Below are positions 51,217 through 61,900 of a stretch of 64,000 bases of DNA, piece after piece. The position numbers and the translations under genes were made by a program. A model generated the notes under the pieces. It was not told the origin of the DNA. It saw nothing but the letters and a program-made list of their open reading frames with translations, and did not search any database. The DNA lies in NCBI GenBank assembly GCA_905178155.1, contig CAJINV010000004.1, positions 4,938,619 through 5,002,618 of the forward strand. The letters are read 5' to 3'. Every line of letters starts with the position of its first letter. Positions within the stretch are counted from its first letter, which is position 1. Source of the stretch: Amoebophrya sp. A120. Its lineage: Eukaryota; Protista; Dinoflagellata.

Positions 51217-53109
51217 TCATTGATAGAACAGGCCGGAAGACCCGTCAGTGTAACTCTCGCTCTGACTTTCGCTCTCACTGTCGCTTTCCGACGAGGAAGA
51301 AGTACCACTAGAAGAGTCGTCGGACTCCTCCCCACTGCCCTCTTCGTACTCGGATTGTTCTTCGCCCTCGGGCTGCGGAAGCATCACTCGCGGTGGTGCC
51401 GCGGCGCCTGGCATCATCTGCACCATGCTGCCTGAAGATTTTTTCGACAAAGATGCACCACTAGCAGCTCCCGCCGACACTCCCGCGGCCCGGCCTGCCG
51501 CCACAGAGGAGGACGCGGCAGAGCCGGCCCCGGTCCAGACGCTGGGACTGTCCGTGATGTGCTGGTGGTCATGGTCTTCGTGGCTGTGGGCGTGCACGCC
51601 GGCACCCCCCAGCGCATCATGGTGGAGCCGGTCGGTGGCCCGCTGAGTCATAGAGCCGTAGTGGTGGTGCTCCGATGGTCCGTGGTCGTGCGTCCGGTGT
51701 TGACCACGACCACCCGTTTCGATCATCGGGTCGTTGTCCGATTCGCCCTCTGCGACAGCCGTGGATGTCGGGGCCGGGATGACGCTCTCGTGGCTGTGAG
51801 CGGTTTGGTGGATGGCCTGGGCGTATCAACTGCAAATATGTCTGGGTCTGGAAGAATGCAAGGTTTGTCATGCGTGACAGACACGTGTGAAAAATCTGTA
51901 ATGCGTGATGCTTTATACTGCCTCTTTTGTGTAATGCAAAAAGGCAGTGCGTCATGCGGTTTATAAAAGACGTACGTCGCTCAGAAACTTGTCATGCGTG
52001 GCCCAGAAGTAATAGAGTTTGCCTTATCATTCTCACAGTTGCATCACAAGTTTATTCCAGACCCAGACTACATATAGGTTGCACTTGATAGGGCGCTGAC
52101 GGTCCGATCGTGTTTCTGCAGGTCGTAGACGTGTTATGAAAGTGCACAACTCCCCCTCCCCCTCATTTGTATAGCATGAACGGCAATACAAGCATCAGCA
52201 AGACGACTGCCGGTTTTGCATAACAAATCTGCACTGGAGTGTAGCCAGAGCCTAATGCTATTTGGGCTACCCGAACTTGTCATGCAAACAGTGCCAAGAG
52301 GCAAAGCGTGGAAGATTGGGTAGTTTGCATGACGAATGAGGGGGAGGGGGAGTTATGCACTGTCATACGTGTTCGTGCGAGGCTTGGACAGCCGGGTTCA
52401 CGACCTTTGTTCCACTTTTATTAATACTGCCCGCCTTCGCCGAACTCCCGTCTTCCAGCAACACGATCCGCTCGCAGGCCAGGCAGCCGTAGCCCACGCG
52501 GGTGCATGGGCGCTCCCGAGTGAAGCACATGTAAAAGGTGATGAAAAGTGTGATCAAGGTGCAGAACAGCGCGCAACACGAGATGAACTTCAACTGCTTG
52601 CCGTTCAGGCCCAGGGCGGGCTCAACTTGGGTGAGCTCGGGGTCAGCCTCTTCCTGGAGAACTTCTGCACCATCGTCAGGACTCGTTCCGCCGCCGCCTA
52701 GTTGTGCCGACGAGCCCAGCATAGGCGCGCCCAGCTCTTCCTTGTTCCGACTCGTCCCTAGCATAGTTTCTTCTTTTGGACCCGGTGGAGGTTGTACAAA
52801 CCGAATCTCGGGGAGGAGTTTCCGCATAGAAGAATCGCTGACGTGCTGATCTTGGTTCAATGCGAAATTTTCTTCACGTTCTAGTACTTCCATCGTGCTG
52901 CTTCTACTGCTGCTGGCAGCAGTAGTTCCTCGTCGCGCATTTTTTGTTGTAGTAGTTTTCCTCGCGGCAACCGTCCTGTGCTGCGTCTGTGACTGCGTGC
53001 GGACCTGCAGGCCGGCAACGATGTTGGAAACACTGATGTGAGGAACAGCAGAGGTGCAGACGAGAGAAGCTGCCAACAACTGCCTCATCCTCATCGCTCC
53101 ACGATGCAT
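51217..53109 (-). CDS. Signal-peptide-bearing single-pass membrane protein with acidic Ser/Glu tail
   Basis: MRQLLAASLVCTSAV N-terminus; TM segment FISCCALFCTLITLFITFYMCF; in-frame joins HEH|VYDLQKHDRTVSA|QAIHQ; ends GLFYQ*. Confidence 0.75.
51824..52090. mobile_element. Introner family A (267 bp)
   Basis: Family A TIRs (right end has a small insertion); direct repeat gggcg. Confidence 0.9.
52135..52367. mobile_element. Introner family C (233 bp)
   Basis: Family C TIRs; direct repeat cgtgt. Confidence 0.92.
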
Positions 53110-54705
53110 AGCTGCGTCAGTTACAATTTCAAAATGAGAATGTACTAGTTGTCACGGCCACAATGAATGATATAAAGTGGTGGGGAAAAATTATAATGAA
53201 TGGAGAAATAAGCGCGCGCAAAACAGAAGGTGATTTGTCAAAATTTCTAATTTCTTGAAAACATGATTTCCTCAGCGGGTTGGGGTTCGTCGGAAGAAGT
53301 TTCCTGGAAAAGCAATTTTCAACGGGACAGTGAAGAAGGTTCTTTCGTCCGGGACTATGTAGCATGTTAATCTATGACAATTTCGTGTTTCTTCATAAAC
53401 CGGCACGACGAGTACGAAGTATTCTTCACTAAACGAGGCTATACCAGCACGACGAGAACCTTCGTTCTCATTTTTGGTGTTCGCTGCACGAAGGTGTTCG
53501 ATCGGAGGACGAGAAATAAAGTACGAAAACATGCAGGCTGCAGGGCCACCGAAGAAGGTGCTGTTGCAGACTGGAAACCGAAACCAAGACGAACCACCAT
53601 GTCAAAGATATGGAAACGAATGGCACAAGATTCAGATTCGGATTTTTGACGAACCGATGTGTTGTCCTCCGACGACGTTTACGTGTTATTTTATTTTTAT
53701 TGAGTTTCGAAAAACGCGCTAGCCAGCCGACAAAGTCGACTATGGCAGCGTTTGTACAGGTCTCACGGTCAGTCTTTCTCTGCGGGTTCACTTTTCAACT
53801 CTTTTCACCGGGCTCTCTTGTGGCAACAAACTCTAGGTAGGATTTTTTACTACTAAGGAAAAAGGGCTAGGCTTAACGAAAAAGATCCATTTGGCTCTGT
53901 TTCTAGAAAGGCATAAAAAGGCTTTTGGCTAAGTGTCGTGGATCACTTTTTTGCTCTCTTAACATGATAAAAGTCAGTGCAGTCTGAAAGTAGAAACAAC
54001 GCTAGCGACACCTTCTACTAACGCACCAGCTTTCGCAACTTTTTGCACACGAGGTAAAAGCGACAAAAAAAGAGAAAAAGTGAAAAAATGAAAGGGCAAG
54101 CTTACATTTAGTTTGACCTTTAGTACAACTCTTTTCTATGGTAACTGCTCCTGCTTTCACTACAACAGCTTCGTTCGTTTTAAACCCGTGCCTCCGAGCC
54201 ATCCGGAGCCCCCGGTTAAAAATTCCGCGGCTCCACTGGTACAACTTCGTTCGGAGAGCCCGCCACGCCCTGCTATGTAGGATTGTCGTACACAAAGCAA
54301 AAAGAACCGTGATGGCAATCGGAAGTATGGTTAATGAAAAAAGACACTCCCTTGGGGAGCTAGGTGCGAAACAAAGTGCCACATACAAGACTCGGGCAGC
54401 TTTCAAGAAAACTTCAATTTTTACTTCTATTGTCTTCTTAACTCCGGTTCTACTACGCAATCAATGGGTTTTCTAGATAAACCTTCTTGGTTTCGTAATA
54501 ATAGCGCATAAAGATCTCAAAACTCACAAAACCCTTTCTGCAAGACATGCCGAAGCCGACCGTTCAAAAACTAGTGAGAAATCGTTCCTCGTGTCAACTG
54601 ACCTAGACCGTAACCACATCGCACTAAGCAGAGACTTTGTTTCGCAGGTGCACCAGGGGAGCGGAAAGCTTACATATCATCGATTCCACATCCAAACGCA
54701 AAAAG

Positions 54706-56619
54706 CTACCCGATACCAAGTCGATCGTTCTTCTTGATGACAATCTTCTTCATCCCTCGAAACGCCACAGGCTGCTGAGCTGCTTGATCCCCAGTCTTCC
54801 TCCTTGGTCCCCTCTTCTTTCGCTTAGCGAGATGGGGAGCAGGGTTAGCTAGAATCGAATCCCGAAGAACAACAGCCGCCGCTCGCGCTTTACCGATGTC
54901 GTCACCGTGATCCTCGACAAAAACCGTCCGGTGTATCGATTCTTTGACACCAGCGGGAGTGATAACCGGCACGATGACCCGAAAACACCCCTTCCAGCTA
55001 CTAGACGCTGCACCAGCGCCGGTCTTCCACCAAGTTATCCCTTTCAGCCCTGCTAGAGTATCGCTCTTGGGCGGTGCTACTTTTCCTGGGTTGAAAGCAG
55101 CATCAAGGAGCATTTTCTTCTTTGGCTTTTTACTTTTGACAAGTTCAGTCGGAGGTGCTACTGCAGGGCGATCTAGGATGGAGACAAGGACTTCATCAGC
55201 TTTCCGCTGCTTGATGGACCGCATGTGCCGGAACGCCGTGAAGAAGGACCGAAACTTTTTACCTGTAAATGCTGGGCGTCGAGGAGGCGCAGAAGCAAGT
55301 CTTGCCCCACCAGTCTCGTCATCAGAGGAAGAGGAAATGGACACAGTAGAAGACGAGCATGCATCGGAGTCGTTGTTCAAATCGCGCGCCCAGGACCAAC
55401 CAATTACCTCGAAGTCGTCAAATCCGTCAACAGCGTCAGCATCTCGGTCAACGTCATCACTCCCGCCATCGAGTTTAATCCGCTTTGTCAGCTTCTGACT
55501 GAAGCTCATCTCACAGTCGGCGCAGAAGCATAACACAGCGACGATTGATCCGCTAACAGGGTTGACATCGACCTTGTAGTGTTCAAACTGGACTACTTCG
55601 GCCTGCAGGGCGAGATGCTGCGACACAACTTCTCTCTGGTGCTCAACAACCGCACCCAAAACTGGTTCACAAATAAGATCACCACAATCAGGACCGACGA
55701 GACTAGGAACTACAGGAAGATCACGATCAGCACCAAGAAGGAATAGAGACCGATAGTGTGACAATGGACAGAGTGACACGAGCTTGTTGATCATTTCCTT
55801 CTTAATAGTAACAGCGTCTCCGTTCGCGTCAATAGAGGTGGATAGGTCGGGAATGGCCTTGGCGTTAATGACCTGAGTCTCGACGTCAGCCCAGAGCTGC
55901 AGCGGAGTTCCAAGACACTCGGGGAGCTGCCAACCTCTACCCGGTCTGGACGGACATAGCTGCTGATGGTCTAGAATCCGCTTCAACTCGTCAAACCTGT
56001 GAAGCTGCCGATGAAGAGCACCAACAACTACCGGCCTTCGCAACATGGCATCCCCACGGAACTGGAGCGCAAAGCGGGCATCGATGAGAGGAGCGACAAC
56101 ATTCTTGCAGGACGGGCAAGCACTGTAACCGGCGTGCCCAGGCGCTACCTGGACATCATGGATCTTCTTCAAGTCGGGATCACTAAACTCGCCATCCTGG
56201 CCAAACCAGCCGAAAGCAGTACGCCCGAGCGGGTCGATGTCAAAGCAGTCATCTTCAGCCCCAAGCGCTGTGTAGTGGTCAGCCCACCACTGTCGCTCAT
56301 TCTTGATGACCTCGGGCATGGCGTGCTTGTCGGTGAGGTAAAAGTCGAAAGTCAAGACAAGACGAAGCTCGCGCTCTACAGTGTGGCAGTGCTTCCTCGA
56401 TAACAACACCGAGATGTACTGCGCCTCCGATCGACTCCCACAAACCCGAGCAAGGGACGCTTGGACTTGTCCCCAGAGCGTCGAGGACTTTCGCTGCTGC
56501 CTGTAGAGGATGTGGTGCTCTAGCTGCGGGGCGCCACACGTCACAAACCCAAGGAGGGCCCGCCTGGAGAGCCTATCCTCTGACGCTCGAAGCAAGTGCG
56601 CCACAAACGAAACCTGCAA
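54706..56619 (-). CDS. Uninterrupted 637-aa ORF with C-terminal AP2-like DNA-binding domain and Cys/His clusters
   Basis: KGITWWKT..SWKGCFRV..HRTVFVEDHGDDIGKARAAAVVLRD fits the AP2 pattern; HAGYSACPSC and CFCADC clusters; basic NLS-like tail. The 5' end ttttttgcag looks like a splice acceptor. Confidence 0.6.
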   Translation of the reverse strand: MQVSFVAHLLRASEDRLSRRALLGFVTCGAPQLEHHILYRQQRKSSTLWGQVQASLARVCGSRSEAQYISVLLSRKHCHTVERELRLVLTFDFYLTDKHAMPEVIKNERQWWADHYTALGAEDDCFDIDPLGRTAFGWFGQDGEFSDPDLKKIHDVQVAPGHAGYSACPSCKNVVAPLIDARFALQFRGDAMLRRPVVVGALHRQLHRFDELKRILDHQQLCPSRPGRGWQLPECLGTPLQLWADVETQVINAKAIPDLSTSIDANGDAVTIKKEMINKLVSLCPLSHYRSLFLLGADRDLPVVPSLVGPDCGDLICEPVLGAVVEHQREVVSQHLALQAEVVQFEHYKVDVNPVSGSIVAVLCFCADCEMSFSQKLTKRIKLDGGSDDVDRDADAVDGFDDFEVIGWSWARDLNNDSDACSSSTVSISSSSDDETGGARLASAPPRRPAFTGKKFRSFFTAFRHMRSIKQRKADEVLVSILDRPAVAPPTELVKSKKPKKKMLLDAAFNPGKVAPPKSDTLAGLKGITWWKTGAGAASSSWKGCFRVIVPVITPAGVKESIHRTVFVEDHGDDIGKARAAAVVLRDSILANPAPHLAKRKKRGPRRKTGDQAAQQPVAFRGMKKIVIKKNDRLGIG

Positions 56620-57186
56620 AAAACGGATGAACGCCTCTGCAGACTCAAGCCGGAACGACCGGTAAAGCCGGGACTAGTTGTACTTATCGCACGAAAGCAA
56701 CAAACCGAAACCACTACGATAGAGCGTAAATCTCTTTAGCTGTTACACGGACCGAGCAAAGACCCTCAATTATGGTTGTACGTGCAGAAAACGATTCGAA
56801 ATAAAAAACACTGAAAAAGCAAATGCGGGCCCAGGTTTACGTGTCAACAACTTCTTCGCGTCTGTCTACGGAGAATTTGTGCTTACCAAAAAATGCCAAT
56901 ATGCTGGGGAGCGTGCTGCAAGTTGCTACTTATTTGGATTCCGTACAGATGACATCACAGGTGACCTACCTTTTGGGCTACTTGGTACGCCTCTTGTAGT
57001 TGCTGCCGAGTACATGTACAGAACTAATATGGGTGGGAGACAAAATGGAAACTAGAGACTGCAGAAACAAACTGATGTGTTATGTCTGTTGACAAGCTCT
57101 TTTCTTTAAGCGCGAGAGCTTTGATACCTATCGCGCTCAAAGATGAAACACCTAGAATTATGAAGATCGCGCCCGGAGGGCGATAT

Positions 57187-58506
57187 TGGTAACCAAATGC
57201 GTGCGCGAAAATCTAACCAGCGCGAAAGCCAAACCAGCCGCGCGGCGAGAGCGCGGCCCGCGGCCCGCAGGGCCCTAAAGGGCCGCGGACAGCTACTGTC
57301 GCCCGCGGCGGCCCGCAGGCTCCTGCGATAAGCATTGAAGGCGAGATCCGGTCTGCTATTTCGCAGCGGGGCATCGTTTCTAGCCCCCTGCATGACAAAC
57401 TGGCCACCTGGCCCGGAAGGTATGTGGCCAAGGGGGGCTAGCCCCCCCCGGACCCCCCCCCTCCACCTCCGCAGCGGGCCATCCTTTCTAGCCCCCTGCA
57501 TGACAAACTGGCCACCTGGCCCGGAAGGTATGTGGAAAGCCGAAAATCCGGAAACCCTTCCGAGCAACCAAAGTCGGGCATTTCAGACGCGGCGGAGGTG
57601 CCGAATTTGTGCCCACAACCCAGACCAAATGCGGACTTTGGGACATGCCTCCGCCCGCTTCTAGTCCGACTTTTTTTCCCAAATCGCGATGGTATGGCGC
57701 AAGCGCGCGCCCGCCGGACCGCCCTTGGTGGCCAGTTTCTAAGCCTGCCGAGGGTTCTCGACTTTCGCCTATTTTTGCTTTTTTTTCAAGTTTCTAGGTG
57801 GCCGAAGGGCTCTGCACATTTTCACCGCCCACAGATGACTGGCAGTTTTCAAGCCTGCGGAGGGATTGCGCTTTTGCGCAATTTTTCATCTTTTTTCATT
57901 TTCCAAGTGGCCCGGGCGACCTGGACATTTTTACCGCCCGCATCTGACTGGCAGTTTTGAAGCCTGCGGAGGGATTGCGCTTTTGCGCAATTTTTCATCT
58001 TTTTTCATTTTCCAAGTGGCCCGGGCGATCTGCACAAAATCCGACGATTGCTTCCACCCACGTTATGAAGCAATTTTTTGCCATTTTTTTCCAACTTTTT
58101 CCAGTTACGAAGCGGCCCAAGGCTTCCGGACAGGTCGCGGGCCTGCTTCTCCAACGCAGCTGGCCAGCGGGCGGAGCAAAAAATAGTCCGTCTCTTTTTC
58201 AGATATCAAGTGGGCCAAACCGCAAAAATGCTCTTTTTTCACCTTCTCCCGCTTGGTTTCTGCCGTTTTTGCGACATTTTTGACCTCCTGGCCATTTTCC
58301 CATCTGGTCCGCTTTTTTTCCCTTCTCCCGCTTCATTTCTGGCCATTTCCCTGACCTTCACGCCTCCCGGCGGTTGCCCTATATGGTAACGGCAACTGCC
58401 TTCGCGCTGCGTTTGCTAAGCAATATCGCAAGCGCGCAGAGCGCGCGCGCCGGCTTCGTGGGCCGGCGCGCGCTCTGCGCGCGCGCGCGCACGCATTTGG
58501 TTACCA
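57187..58506. mobile_element. Non-coding 1.3-kb TIR element (MITE-like), intergenic
   Basis: Perfect 21-bp inverted repeat TGGTAACCAAATGCGTGCGCG; two internal duplications with 108-109 bp period; no clean TSD. Confidence 0.7.
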
Positions 58507-58952
58507 GATTATGGACACAGATCGGGCGGGGGTAGCGACAGAAACCTCCAAAACTTACATATGCATCGCAGCGAATAAATTCCTGCTACCACTGGTAGCG
58601 AGAATATGAATTATACCTGACAGCGCATATTATACGGAAAATTAAAGAAATTGAAAGACGAAGAGACTGCTCTTCGTCTGCTACTAGTACTAGCGGTTGT
58701 CGTCCAAAATTATCGAAACAACTCACATCTTCATCTATGCGAAAACAACTCTAGCCGTAGCCGAATCGGATGCAATTACGGCAGCACTCGGGCGCTACAT
58801 CGAGATCACATCTTACAGAACAACTAGGTCACAAAATTACAAAAGCGAAAGCATGTGCATGTGAATGTAGTAACCAGCAACACACACTAAAACAAAAATA
58901 CTGGTTTACAGCGAGCTAGAACCTCTACTCAACGTGTGTTAGTAGTTTCCCT

Positions 58953-61900
58953 CTACTGTCTAATCTTTTGTATCAAGCTCAACACCCCAAGCGCCAGATC
59001 GTAGTCCTCGTAGTAGTTGAACCCACCTTGGGCCAGCGCGGTCAGGCCCACGATGAGTAGAGAAACCCCACCTGTCAAATGCAAAAATGTCTGGGTCTGG
59101 AAGATTCCGGGATTTGTGATGCATATTTTCTTTGATCCAAGACGCATGTAATGCATGATCTAGCATCACAGATTTTTAGAGGGCTTCATGATGCCTATTC
59201 CGCATGAGAAATGCCCTCTCCGAATAACACAAACTGGACTCCTGTTGCTGGTCACGCAATACAGATTTTTTTGGAATCCAAAGACAGCATGACAAGTTCC
59301 AATCTTCCAGACCCAGACACTTTTGCATTTGATACCACCACCGAGCGTGTCCTCCACCACGCGGGCAGGTCGGACCGCGTTAGAGGTACTTGTTGCGGAC
59401 GTAAGCTGCATCTGCTTGCGTCGGGCTTTCGGGCTGGAACCAGGCGTTGCCTGAGACAATGTTACAGATGCAATTTTTTTCTTTTGCAGCACGCTGGTGA
59501 TTTCATGTTCAAGAAAAAGCGGTACTACTACTCAGATCATGAAGCTATGCACCATGTGAGCAACGTGTTGCACTTGTTCTGCTCTTTGAAGATTGTTCCA
59601 GCGCTGATACAAAAGTTTTCGAAAAGATAAAGAATACCAATACGAATAGTACCTTTGGAAATTTGGTCAATAAGTCCGAGGATTCCGCGAGGTCCCGCTT
59701 TAGTTTTTCCAGGCCCCTTAACAGCGTGTCAAAGTTCATTTGGTGGTATTTGAAGAAGAGTTTCGGTTCCGTCCGGACCAAGCCTGACACCTTCTTCTGC
59801 ACGTCCGAAAGGCAGAGAATCGACGCAGGCTGCGCGTTGTTGTCCTTCTGCTCTTGGCCCTGATCCTGATTGTTCTGAACGAGGTTAGTATCTGTTCTTC
59901 CAGTCGTGGCTGTTGCCGTCAGCGTCGTGTCCCTGGTCGCGTTAATCCCGTAGCTGTAGTATTTCCTGTTTGGCGCGAGCATAACCTCTACGTACAACTC
60001 CGCGATTTTCCTAAACATGCGGTACAGCTTCAGGTAGCACTCCGCACCTTCCGCCGACCGGCTACACACGTCGAGAATGATCGGGCACTGGCAGGGCTCC
60101 GCAAGCTGGTTAGACCGGAAAAGCTCGTTTTGGCGCAGGATTTCTTTCAACTGTGGGACGTGCTTATCCGTGTTGAAATTCGGGAGAGAGGATAATCGCA
60201 GCGAAACGCCCTTCATGTTGATGTGCGGCTGTAGCCCGTTGATACTATGCTGCGCGGCTGTAGGAGAGCTTGCGAAAGAAAAGTCGTCGAGGTCGTTGGT
60301 ATTACTTGGATCAGCGCCGTCTACTTCCACTGCAGACGAGCTCGCGGAAGAAATCGCTGGCTTATTCAAACCACTGCTCTGTTTGCTGTTGCGCGTGCTA
60401 GTGGACGGCGGGTGGTGTCCGGCGGGAGAGAGGGATCGATCAATTCCAAGTGCTGCGCTAGACTTTATTTCTCGCGTAGAAGTTTCATCGTATTCCAAAG
60501 TTACTTCGCCCTTTCTGTTGACACAAATCTTTGGTGGCCGGGTATTTTTCATCGGCTGCGCAGTAGATCCACCGCATGTCCCTGAAGTGGAAGAACAACA
60601 GGAATTATTGCCTCCTGGCCCCGCACTCGTGCAGTAGATATCGCGACTGCTCAAAGGTGGAACACTGCTGTCTCTTTGATGTTCCCCCCTCTCGATCTGC
60701 GTACAATTGTTCCAATTGCTACTGTTGTTATTGTTACCGTAGTTGTTCCTCGTCCCGTTCGGCAGCGCCTCGCTGCTCCGGCCAGACGCGATCTGGCTGC
60801 AGTGGTGATCTAGGCACAACCCCTGCAACACGCTATTCGCCAAGATGGCGCTGTTGGGCATGAAGAAGCAGCTGCTCGGGTCGTGCACGGTTTTGGAAAA
60901 ATCGGTCAAGAGGGTCTTAATCGGCCCGTACTTCGCCCGGATATCGACCTCCGACTCGATGTGGAAGTGCGGGGCGGACGGCATCTCCATGCAGGTACAA
61001 ACGTGCCCCCCGAAAACCCGTTTCGTCCTTAGATTGCTCGTGTTGACCACGGACCCTGGAATCATCGCGTAGGGACTGGTCACATTTGCAGCAGCCCCGA
61101 GCGTGGTCGGGGCGCCACCACTCATGGAGACGATGGAAGTTCCATAAGCCGCTTGATGTGAGGATGCATTGTTGGTAGTTGTACTGTTGTTGCTGGACAA
61201 CTGTTTATTCTGCGCCGGGCTGTTCAGGGTTGTCTGTCCAGTTCGCATGCTATTGAACATCGGGTCTCTGTTACTCACGTGCGACGAGTTCATATTTGTT
61301 GCATTCGTAGTTGCTCCAGCATTCATTGCCGCGGCGGCGCTACTCCTCCGCGCGTCCGAGGCGTTTGCGTTGGGGTCGTTGATGCCTCTAGCCGCGATCC
61401 GATTCGCCCGCTCCACATCCCGGGCGAAAATTTCGGAAATGTAGTTTTTCTGCTGACTGGCCTCGAAGTCCCGCGTGCTGTGCTTTTTCAACGCATTGTG
61501 GTGACGACCTGCTCCGTTGGAAGAGCTGGAGGCAGTTGTAGAAGAACTGGACCGCTGGTCGTCGGGAATCATTACATTTTGAGAGTTTCTCACTTGATGA
61601 CCGAGGCCGGCCGCGTGAGCAGGATCAAACTGCTGCAGTTCGTCGTCATAACTTCTTGGCGACGTGCGGTGGTTGCCTTCTCTCGTACTGCTTCTTGCCA
61701 GTTGTCTTGGTCCTCCGGCGGAAGTAGGGATCATGCCACTGTTCGACAAGAGATTGGACAGTATGGAAGCGTCAGGTTTGAAATCGTCAAAGTTGAAATA
61801 ATTTCAATTTGTAATGCATAAAATGCGATACAAAAAGTGACTCTATTGCAGAGGACCCACGGGAGGCAGATTATAGTCCTGGCAAGGGTCAAAAGTTGGA

